Positions 23,700 through 31,752 of a stretch of 35,437 bases of DNA are shown here, piece by piece. How positions within the stretch are numbered: the first letter of the stretch is position 1; each line of letters opens with the position of its first letter. Source of the stretch: a virus; the IMG/VR virus record IMGVR_UViG_3300020047_008974. One strand, 5' to 3'. A program made the translations under genes and the position numbers. Below the pieces are notes generated by a model. That model was not told where the DNA came from, did no database searches, and saw only the letters and a list, made by a program, of their open reading frames with translations.

Positions 23700-24143
23700 A
23701 TGTCAAAATCAAACACATTCGAAAACGACCTTTTGAAACTTATATTCAACAATGTAGATATTGCTGATATTGGAGATGCAGGAGGATTACAAAATAGTGC
23801 AGCAGCTGGTTCATTATATGTAGCATTACATACAGCAGACCCAGGTGAAGCAGGTAACGCTACAACAAACGAAACTGCATATACAAACTATGCTCGTGTA
23901 GCAGTAGGTCGTTCTGGTGCTGGATGGACAGTATCAGGAAATGCAGTAACAAACTTTGCTCAAGTAACATTCCCTGAATGTGGAGTAACGGGAGCAACAA
24001 TTACATATGCTTCAATTACAACAGATTCATCAGGGGCAAGTAAAATACTTTACTCAGGAGCTTTGAGTTCATCTCTTGCAGTAGCAAACCAAATTACACC
24101 ATTCTTTGCAGCAAGTACAGGTATAACAGTAACCGAAGACTAA
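23700..24143 (+). CDS. Conserved phage structural protein (tail-associated guess)
   Basis: 147 aa. The pattern ENDLLKLIFNN...LYVALHTADPGEAGN...YTNYARVAV...W is one I recall from uncharacterised phage virion proteins. Confidence 0.6.
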   Translation: MSKSNTFENDLLKLIFNNVDIADIGDAGGLQNSAAAGSLYVALHTADPGEAGNATTNETAYTNYARVAVGRSGAGWTVSGNAVTNFAQVTFPECGVTGATITYASITTDSSGASKILYSGALSSSLAVANQITPFFAASTGITVTED

Positions 24144-24144
24144 T

Positions 24145-24306
24145 ATGGAACCAATTATCGTATCAAAGGCAGACTATGACTCAGGTAACTATCCAAAAGA
24201 TGTACCAATTATGGTATCAATGGATGTTGGTATGGAAGGAAGAGGTGGTCTTAGTGTAGGTAAAAAAGAACCTGCTCATATAAAAATAACACTTAAACCA
24301 GCATAA
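24145..24306 (+). CDS. Candidate 53-aa protein
   Basis: TAAtATG junctions on both sides. Hand translation: MEPIIVSKADYDSGNYPKDVPIMVSMDVGMEGRGGLSVGKKEPAHIKITLKPA. Confidence 0.45.
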   Translation: MEPIIVSKADYDSGNYPKDVPIMVSMDVGMEGRGGLSVGKKEPAHIKITLKPA

Positions 24307-24307
24307 T

Positions 24308-25165
24308 ATGATTAAAAATATCGAACAATTAGTTACAGCAGAATTAGACGGAAAAGAACTCCGTTATACTTGGCGTAAAACACCTTCTCAGGTTACTATT
24401 GCTGGTCTATGGTTCGATTTATCTATGAGTCCAGGACGACCGGTACCAAAGTATTGGTTCGATGCTCCACCAGCAATAGCTAAAGCTGTATACTATTCAA
24501 CAGACGGTGGATTAGAACACGGAGGTGGTGTATCACCAAGTGAGAAGTATCTGAGATTAACTACAGGTATCGCAACAGCAGTAACCGCATTACCACTTAC
24601 TATGATTCTATGCGATTATCTTATTTACTACCCATCTATAGATGATTCAGTCTTAGGTGAGCAGATTTTGGACAATACAGTAACATTACCGAGATACACA
24701 GATGGAGAAGGGGTACAAGTTATCGCAGTATCAGTAGCGGGTAGAACTGGTGGTGCAAGATTTTACTTTACTTACACCAACTCAGATGGAGTAAGTGGCA
24801 GAACATCACAGATTTGCTATCAAAACTCATCTGCTGCTCTTGGAACTTTACAGAATAGTGGTGCTAACTCAAATGTTTCAGCTATGCCTTTCTGTGGATT
24901 GCAATCAGGAGACACAGGTGTTCGAAGTGTAGACTCAGTATTTATGTTAGACGCTGACGTAGGACTTATGACACTTATTCTGGTTAAACCACTCGGAACT
25001 TCTGTAATTCGTGAAATAACTGCACCAGTAGAAAAAGACTATTTTATGGAAGCAGGTGTGATTCCAAGAATATATGATGACGCATACCTTAGTTTTCTTT
25101 GTCTCCCACAAGGTTCATTAGCAGCAACCGCTTTAATGGGAGATATTAAGACTATATTTACATAG
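24308..25165 (+). CDS. Structural protein, paralogue A
   Basis: 285 aa. Shares LPRYTDGEG and PRIYDDAYLSF blocks with the next gene. Confidence 0.65.
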   Translation: MIKNIEQLVTAELDGKELRYTWRKTPSQVTIAGLWFDLSMSPGRPVPKYWFDAPPAIAKAVYYSTDGGLEHGGGVSPSEKYLRLTTGIATAVTALPLTMILCDYLIYYPSIDDSVLGEQILDNTVTLPRYTDGEGVQVIAVSVAGRTGGARFYFTYTNSDGVSGRTSQICYQNSSAALGTLQNSGANSNVSAMPFCGLQSGDTGVRSVDSVFMLDADVGLMTLILVKPLGTSVIREITAPVEKDYFMEAGVIPRIYDDAYLSFLCLPQGSLAATALMGDIKTIFT

Positions 25166-25192
25166 TCAATTAACAACTAATAATAAAAATAT

Positions 25193-26365
25193 ATGGCAGG
25201 ATTTACATCACAAAACCAAATAATACAAGCAATGACCAACGGTCAGACTTGGCGATCAGACTGGTCTAAAAATATGAACCCAACAACAGCAGCAGTAGCT
25301 AACGAGTGGCATACGCTTTTTCGTGGAAACGGAAACCCAGGTCCAGATGCTATCTTTGACGCAGGTGCAAACTTAACATTCCAAGCAGTAAAAGATACAA
25401 CTACTTCAGCATCATCTATCCAACACGGAGGAAATGTACAACCAACTTATAATAAATTTCTATTGAGTGGTTCAGCGGTTAGTGCAGCAGCAACAGCACA
25501 ACCAACAGTAGTAACCTTAATAGACGTTGTAGGTTTTTACCGAGTAACAACTGTAACTACCACAACAGCTCAAGCTACAACAAATACATTAGGTCAAACA
25601 GACACATTTACAGCAGACGCAGGAACAGATGTTTGTACTTGGACTTCAACTGCTAATATCCCGTCTAACGTATTAACTGGAACTCGTGTACGACTAACAA
25701 CAACAGTTACACTCCCAGCAGGACTTGCACTCGCAACTGACTACTATGTAATCAGACTTTCTGATACAACATTTTCACTTGCTACATCATTCGCAAACGC
25801 AACAGCAGGAACGGCTATTGATATAACATCTACAGGTACTGGTACACATACAGTAAACTGGCTACTACCACGCTATACAAATGGTGCAGGACTAAACGCT
25901 ATATTCTTTAATCCAGCTTCAACTGCGATGGGTGCGGCAACTCCTAACCTTTCACTTGGTTATACTAATTCAAATCAAACAGGTTCAAGAGCAACCCCTA
26001 CTGTACTACCAGTAGGTAAAACAGCAGCATCTAACTCACATATCCTCTATACAGGTGCAACTGGTGCAGGTAAATATAATTACGCTGTACCAAGACAGTC
26101 AGGTGATGCAGGAATTGCTCAAATAGATACAATTCAGAACTCAATCTCATATGTATCAGGTACTTATTGTGTAGCACTTTATAAAGAAATCGCCCGATTC
26201 CCAGTTACGACTCTTGGTGTAGCAGCAGAACGTGATTTCCTAAACCAACTTCCTTCACTTCCTCGTATTTACGATGGTGCAGCACTTTATTTTGTAATAG
26301 GTAGTGGTGCAGCAACACCAGCGAACTCGGCATTTTCTGGAAATTTAGACTTTATTTGGAATTAA
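25193..26365 (+). CDS. Structural protein, paralogue B
   Basis: 390 aa. LPRYTNGAG and PRIYDGAALYF blocks; Thr/Ala-rich insert. Confidence 0.65.
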   Translation: MAGFTSQNQIIQAMTNGQTWRSDWSKNMNPTTAAVANEWHTLFRGNGNPGPDAIFDAGANLTFQAVKDTTTSASSIQHGGNVQPTYNKFLLSGSAVSAAATAQPTVVTLIDVVGFYRVTTVTTTTAQATTNTLGQTDTFTADAGTDVCTWTSTANIPSNVLTGTRVRLTTTVTLPAGLALATDYYVIRLSDTTFSLATSFANATAGTAIDITSTGTGTHTVNWLLPRYTNGAGLNAIFFNPASTAMGAATPNLSLGYTNSNQTGSRATPTVLPVGKTAASNSHILYTGATGAGKYNYAVPRQSGDAGIAQIDTIQNSISYVSGTYCVALYKEIARFPVTTLGVAAERDFLNQLPSLPRIYDGAALYFVIGSGAATPANSAFSGNLDFIWN

Positions 26366-26368
26366 TAT

Positions 26369-27121
26369 ATGGCATTATTAGGTAATTACAGCATAATACT
26401 GAAAAATCCAGTTACCTTTATTGGTGGTACGCAAGTTAGTAATGTCCGTAGTGCTTTTAATGCAACAGGTCAATTAAGACAAAGATATTACCCAGAAACT
26501 ACTGGCGGTCTACCATCAACTACAGCACTTATGGAGGGATATTTACATCCAAACGCTTGGATGATGCCTTATGATATAGGTTCAATGACAACCAGTAACC
26601 TAAATGGTGTTGGTTCACTATCCTTAATAGGTGTTAATGGACTAAGTGGTGTTGTATCAATGTCTGGTTCTGGTTTACTAACTGCTACAGGGGGACTTCT
26701 GGCAGGTCTTGTTGTGGAAATGACAGGTGTTGGTAGTCTTACTGCAACAGGTGGTGGATTGCTACAAGGTATCGTTGCTATGGCAGGTTCAGGAACGCTT
26801 GCTGGAATTATAGGGGCAACAGCAGGATTATCTGTAACTATGGCAGGTATAGGTACTCTAACAGCTTCACCAAAAGGTACAGGAGAAATGGTGCTTGATA
26901 TTTATGTAAACCAATCAGAAGCAACAGTACAACAAATTGTTGATGCAGTATGGTCAGCACTTGCAGCAGAATACAATGTTTCAGGAACTATGGGTGAAAA
27001 ACTAAACGGAGCAGGTAGTGCAGGAGATCCTTGGACAACAGACCTAACACCTTACAATACAGCAGATACTGCAGGTAAAATAGTAAAACAGATTAAAAGT
27101 ATTAGCCAAGCGAATTTATAA
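26369..27121 (+). CDS. Structural protein with five ~20-aa Gly/Leu/Thr tandem repeats
   Basis: Repeats of the type M-x-G-x-G-[ST]-L-T-A-x-G-G-L-L-x-G-x-V, then a ...IVDAVWSALAAEYNVSGTMGEKL tail. Confidence 0.65.
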   Translation: MALLGNYSIILKNPVTFIGGTQVSNVRSAFNATGQLRQRYYPETTGGLPSTTALMEGYLHPNAWMMPYDIGSMTTSNLNGVGSLSLIGVNGLSGVVSMSGSGLLTATGGLLAGLVVEMTGVGSLTATGGGLLQGIVAMAGSGTLAGIIGATAGLSVTMAGIGTLTASPKGTGEMVLDIYVNQSEATVQQIVDAVWSALAAEYNVSGTMGEKLNGAGSAGDPWTTDLTPYNTADTAGKIVKQIKSISQANL

Positions 27122-27140
27122 ACTAACCATTATTAACTAT

Positions 27141-27443
27141 ATGGACTCTAACCAATTCAGAGAACTACAAAATACCATTGCTGAATCTATCGAAAAGAAT
27201 GTAAATGGGAAAATCCGCAACTTGACTCAAAAGGTTGATGATTATATCAAAACAGATCTCGAACATAAAGAAACTGAACGAGCTGAAACAAATGAATGGC
27301 GAAAAGGGGCTGATGAAAAACTACAATTCGTCGTTGATCTACAGGGTTTTGGTAAAGTAACAAAATACGTTATGGGGTTTATAATATCAATTGGGGGAAC
27401 TATTGCAATATTAGTCGGTTGGTTTCATAATAAGAGTAACTAG
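27141..27443 (+). CDS. C-terminally membrane-anchored protein in the lysis neighbourhood
   Basis: 100 aa with a charged helical N-terminus and the C-terminal helix YVMGFIISIGGTIAILVGWF. Confidence 0.55.
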   Translation: MDSNQFRELQNTIAESIEKNVNGKIRNLTQKVDDYIKTDLEHKETERAETNEWRKGADEKLQFVVDLQGFGKVTKYVMGFIISIGGTIAILVGWFHNKSN

Positions 27444-27444
27444 T

Positions 27445-28344
27445 ATGGAATATAAATTACTTATCATTAAGAATAGATACTCAAAAAAGCTCAACTTAAA
27501 ACTTGGGCTCGATTGGTTTTCTAAAAACACTCCACTAAAGATATCATTAGATGAGATAGAAACGGACTACGACCTAGCCTTTAAAACGGTCGGAAATGAT
27601 ACATTTACAGGGGTAGTGGTATCAGATTACCTAAAGCTTAGAAAAGACGTGCCAGAGGGCAAATATAACGCCGTAGCACTTGTATATGGCAACGATGCTC
27701 CCGGAGTTAGAGTATCAATAGCAGAGAATACGCCATTGTACTCAGATACGGACTTTATTAGTTTAGTTAAGGTAACTGATGGTGGGAAAACACTTAACCA
27801 CGAATTAATCCATACATTTTTTAAGAAACTTGCCCGGAGAGGAATTAACCTCCCGGATCCAATGGATACTTATTTAAATGATAGTAATTTAAATTCAAAA
27901 AACAGTAATAGAACGGCAGCGCTAGTGTTACTAAAACCACACTGGGAAACAATAGTATCTTTTAAGAAAAGTTTTATCCAAACTATCATTGAAACGATAA
28001 CACCAAAAAAAAAGTATAAGTATTTCTCAGATAGTGAGATCGTAGGATTGAAACCGGAGCTAGTAGATTTACTAGACAAAGCAAGAGAGTTAGCTGGGAT
28101 ACCATTCAAGATATCCTCAGGTAAACGAACGGCATCAGAAAACAAAAGTGCAGGTGGTGTAGAGGGATCGGCTCACCTGTTAGGATACGCTGTAGACCTG
28201 GTATGCAATGACAGTAGCTCCCGGTCGAAAATTATTAATAGTTTAATTAAGGTCGGATTTACTCGGATAGGTATAGGAAAAACATTTGTACACGCAGATT
28301 GTGACCCAAATAAACCTCAACAAGTAATCTGGCATTATTACTAA
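27445..28344 (+). CDS. Endolysin: C-terminal Peptidase_M15-type domain plus an N-terminal HExxH-containing domain
   Basis: SGKRTASENKSAGGVEGSAHLLGYAVDL...FVHADCD fits the M15 H..D...H zinc-site pattern. NHELIHTF lies in the N-terminal half. Confidence 0.7.
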   Translation: MEYKLLIIKNRYSKKLNLKLGLDWFSKNTPLKISLDEIETDYDLAFKTVGNDTFTGVVVSDYLKLRKDVPEGKYNAVALVYGNDAPGVRVSIAENTPLYSDTDFISLVKVTDGGKTLNHELIHTFFKKLARRGINLPDPMDTYLNDSNLNSKNSNRTAALVLLKPHWETIVSFKKSFIQTIIETITPKKKYKYFSDSEIVGLKPELVDLLDKARELAGIPFKISSGKRTASENKSAGGVEGSAHLLGYAVDLVCNDSSSRSKIINSLIKVGFTRIGIGKTFVHADCDPNKPQQVIWHYY

Positions 28345-28345
28345 T

Positions 28346-28585
28346 ATGAACCCATCAGATTTTTTAGGAATTACAATTATAGGAGTAGGTGCATCATTGT
28401 TGGTACAATTTATCAAAAACCAATTTGGTACTCAATCAACTGCTACTAAATTAATCCTAGTATTCATAGCTTTGGTAACAGGTGCAGGATATTATGTCCT
28501 ACAACTTAACCAAGACTTTTATCAGATTGTTATTCAAATACTTGGTATAGCTTCAATAGTATACGCATTTATAATCAAAAAATAG
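28346..28585 (+). CDS. Holin (putative, three hydrophobic helices)
   Basis: 79 aa with three hydrophobic segments and a KK C-terminus. TAAtATG junction after the endolysin. Confidence 0.55.
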   Translation: MNPSDFLGITIIGVGASLLVQFIKNQFGTQSTATKLILVFIALVTGAGYYVLQLNQDFYQIVIQILGIASIVYAFIIKK

Positions 28586-28586
28586 T

Positions 28587-28856
28587 ATGACTGTAATAGA
28601 TCAAAATAGAGTACCTGCCGCCTTAGGTGTCTCAAACGCAAATGGATCGTCAGTTATTCCTGTATACGGAAACCCAGCGAATAACGCTATGAAAGCTGAC
28701 GACAATACTACTGGTTCAGATTTAGGCGGAAACCCAGATCCACGAGATGCAAACCGCAAAGTAGCATTTATGGCAGTATCGTCAGTAGATGGTGTTACAC
28801 CTGTTGCAGTGTATGTCGACTCAGCAACAAATAAACTATTAATTAATTCAAACTAA
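28587..28856 (+). CDS. Small fibre-associated protein carrying two copies of the fibre N-terminal motif
   Basis: VPAALGVSNANGSSVIPVYGNP... and AFMAVSSVDGVTPVAVYVDSATNKLLIN match the N-terminus of the next gene. Confidence 0.6.
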   Translation: MTVIDQNRVPAALGVSNANGSSVIPVYGNPANNAMKADDNTTGSDLGGNPDPRDANRKVAFMAVSSVDGVTPVAVYVDSATNKLLINSN

Positions 28857-28860
28857 CTAT

Positions 28861-29811
28861 ATGGCTGAAGCTAAGAGAGATGGTAACTATGTACCAACAT
28901 TACTTGCAGTATCAAGTGCTGATGGAACAACTCCGGTAACATTATATGCTGATCCGACCACTCACCGATTGTTCGTAGATTTACCAGGAGGTGGTGGTTC
29001 AGGAACAGTAACTAGTGTATCGGTTACAACAGCAAACGGTATATCAGGAAGTGTTGCAACAGCAACTACAACTCCTGCTATTACTTTAACCTTAGGTGTT
29101 ATTACACCAACTAGTGTAAACGGTATCACCTTTTCAGGTTCAGGAAGTCTAGCTAATTCAGGTACATCAAGTTTAACTGGATTTACTGGATCAGGTACAC
29201 ATTCAGGAACCTCATCAGGAACCAACACAGGTGATCAAACATCAGTATCAGGCAACGCAGGAACCGCAACAGCACTTCAAACTGCACGTGCAATCTATGG
29301 TAATAACTTTGACGGTACAGCAGCACTAACTCAAGTCATTGCTTCAACCTATGGAGGTACTGGTAATGGTTTTACAAAATTCACTGGTCCAACAACAACT
29401 GAAAAGACATTCACCTTACCAGATGCAAGTGCAACTATTGCACGAACAGATGCAGCACAAACATTCACTGGTACGCAAACATTTAGTCAAATTGTAACAA
29501 CGAACAATGCAGTAACTGCATCAGCTAATGCTGCAACCGTTCCAATTACATCACGACTAACCACGGTAACTAACAACTCCGCCGCAACCTTAACTATTAC
29601 TATTACCACCACCTCAGCAGTAGATGGCCAAATGGTTATAGTACGAGTATTAGATTTCAGTGCAGCAGCTCAAACAATTACCTGGGTAAACACAGAAAAC
29701 AGTACGGTGTCAGCTCCAACAACATCAAACGGATCAACAACTCTCCCATTGACGGTCGGATTTATGTATAACAATGCTACATCTAAATGGCGATGTATAG
29801 CATCAGCATAG
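28861..29811 (+). CDS. Tail fibre protein
   Basis: GNAGTATALQTARAIYGNNFDGTAAL is the classic fibre repeat (..A.KL.TAR.I.G..FDG...). Ser/Thr/Gly-rich. Confidence 0.7.
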   Translation: MAEAKRDGNYVPTLLAVSSADGTTPVTLYADPTTHRLFVDLPGGGGSGTVTSVSVTTANGISGSVATATTTPAITLTLGVITPTSVNGITFSGSGSLANSGTSSLTGFTGSGTHSGTSSGTNTGDQTSVSGNAGTATALQTARAIYGNNFDGTAALTQVIASTYGGTGNGFTKFTGPTTTEKTFTLPDASATIARTDAAQTFTGTQTFSQIVTTNNAVTASANAATVPITSRLTTVTNNSAATLTITITTTSAVDGQMVIVRVLDFSAAAQTITWVNTENSTVSAPTTSNGSTTLPLTVGFMYNNATSKWRCIASA

Positions 29812-29812
29812 T

Positions 29813-31678
29813 ATGGCCTCTAGATATTGGGTCGGTGGTACTGCTAACTGGGATGCAACAATTGGTACAAAATGGGCAACAACCTCAGGTGGAGCAGGAG
29901 GTGCTGCTGTGCCAACAACATCAGATAACGTATTTTTTGATGCAAATAGTGGATCGGGTACAGTAACTATTGCAATCGTAGATGTAACTTGTTTAAATAT
30001 AGATTTTACTGGATTCACAGGAACATTAGCAGGTTCAACAACACAACTACAACCTTTAGGTAATATTACATTGGGATCAGGTATGACTTGGAGTCATTCA
30101 GCTGTACTTAACTGGTTTGGAACAGGAAGTTCAACATTTACAAGTAATGGAAAAACTACCACATCAACATTACAATTTACAGGGACTGGTACAATGACAT
30201 TACAAGATGATTTCACTAATACTGGAGCAGGTGGATTGTCACATACATCAGGAACTATTGATGCAAATAATAAAAATGTAAATATAATTAATTATAATGG
30301 TTCACCAGCAGGTACTAAAACACTTACAATGGGTTCAGGTACGTGGACCTTATCAGGAACAGGTACTGTGTGGACTGCATCAAATGTATCGACACTTAAT
30401 GCAAACACATCAGTTATTAAAGTAATTGATACAAGTGCATCAACGTGTATATTTGCAGGTTCAGGTAAAACATACAGTACGGTTTGGTTAGCACGTGGAA
30501 CAAGTTCAGGTATTAACACTATTTCAGGTTCTAACACCTTTGCAATATTAAAAGATAACGGAACAGTAGCCCATACTACACGATTCACAGCAGGAACCAC
30601 ACAAATCATTTCAACAGCCTCAGGATGGCAAATATCGGGCAATTCGGGGCAATTAATCACCATTAACTCCACAACAACAGGTACTCATACTTTATCCTGT
30701 GCAAGTGGTAACATTTCAGCAGATTACTTGGATATTCAACACTCAGTGGCTCAAGGAGGTGCAAAATGGTTTGCAGGTGCCAACAGTACCAATAACCAGG
30801 CAACAGCAACAGCAGGTAGTGGTTGGATATTCCAACAAGTGAAATCCCTTATTATTGCAGGAGGTGGTGGAGGAGGTATTGGAGCAACCGTTGGAGCTCG
30901 TTGGGGAGGAGGTGGAGGAGCGGGGGGTTACCAAGAAAATGCTGCGGTATCTGTCACGGCTCAGGCTTATACTATTACTGTGGGAACAGGTGGAAGTGGT
31001 GGTGCAGGAGCTGGAGATAACGGAACAGATAGTTCTGCTTTTGGTATTACTTCTACTGGTGGAGGAGGAGGAGCTGCTGCAACATCAGGAACGGGTCTTA
31101 CTGGAGGTTCAGGTGGAGGAGGAGCAGGAGCCGCTGGAGGTACTGGGGTTCTTGCAAACGGAGGGGCAGGTACGGGTGGACAAGGAAATAATGGAGGTGC
31201 AGGATTTAGTGGTAACAGTTCTACTGGAGCTGGAGGTTCAGGAGGAGGTTCTGGCGGTGCTGGAGGTAATGCTTCTGCGTCAACAGGAGGAAATGGAGGG
31301 GCAGGTACAGCATCAAGTATCAATGGCTCATCAGTTACACGAGCTGGTGGAGGAGGAGGTGGAGGTGTTACTACAGGTGGTACTGGGGGTTCAGGTGGAG
31401 GAGGAGCTGGAGGAACAGATGGAGCAGGAGCAAACGCTACAGCAAATACTGGTTCAGGTGGAGGAGGAGCTAAGAACGGATTTACAGGAGGAAATGGTGC
31501 AGATGGGGTTGTAATTATCTCATTTATAACTACAGATTTTGCAGACTTAGGTTGGACTTGCACTGGTGGAACAATTACCACTTCTGGTTCAAATACAATT
31601 CATACATTCAATAGTAGTGGAACATTTACTATTACTGCTTCTGCTACAAATAACGCACAATTTCTAGCATTTATGTAA
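29813..31678 (+). CDS. Glycine-rich tail fibre or spike-like protein
   Basis: 621 aa. The N-terminal half is Thr/Ser/Gly beta-rich. Residues ~345-570 are GGxGG-type runs ending in GGNGADGVVIISF, like the phage glycine-rich domain family. Confidence 0.65.
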   Translation: MASRYWVGGTANWDATIGTKWATTSGGAGGAAVPTTSDNVFFDANSGSGTVTIAIVDVTCLNIDFTGFTGTLAGSTTQLQPLGNITLGSGMTWSHSAVLNWFGTGSSTFTSNGKTTTSTLQFTGTGTMTLQDDFTNTGAGGLSHTSGTIDANNKNVNIINYNGSPAGTKTLTMGSGTWTLSGTGTVWTASNVSTLNANTSVIKVIDTSASTCIFAGSGKTYSTVWLARGTSSGINTISGSNTFAILKDNGTVAHTTRFTAGTTQIISTASGWQISGNSGQLITINSTTTGTHTLSCASGNISADYLDIQHSVAQGGAKWFAGANSTNNQATATAGSGWIFQQVKSLIIAGGGGGGIGATVGARWGGGGGAGGYQENAAVSVTAQAYTITVGTGGSGGAGAGDNGTDSSAFGITSTGGGGGAAATSGTGLTGGSGGGGAGAAGGTGVLANGGAGTGGQGNNGGAGFSGNSSTGAGGSGGGSGGAGGNASASTGGNGGAGTASSINGSSVTRAGGGGGGGVTTGGTGGSGGGGAGGTDGAGANATANTGSGGGGAKNGFTGGNGADGVVIISFITTDFADLGWTCTGGTITTSGSNTIHTFNSSGTFTITASATNNAQFLAFM

Positions 31679-31689
31679 GCCTGTAGGGT

Positions 31690-31735
31690 AACCAATGAAT
31701 TGGTTCTCCTATCAGTCTCGCAAGACTGTTTAATT
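31690..31735 (+). terminator. Two hairpins, the second followed by TTTAATTATT
   Basis: AACCAA 31690-31695 / TTGGTT 31700-31705, and CAGTCT 31713-31718 / AGACTG 31723-31728. Confidence 0.45.
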
Positions 31736-31752
31736 ATTAACAAACAAAAGAT

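Noticed and set aside
30743-31581. Long ORFs in other frames and on the opposite strand across the glycine-rich region (30743..30934 -, 30823..31020 +, 30855..31514 +, 30967..31581 -)
   Set aside because: These are shadows of the GGN-periodic coding sequence, with E/V/L/Q-rich or Pro-rich translations of the same repeats. They are fully nested in a gene that fits the operon frame and junctions.
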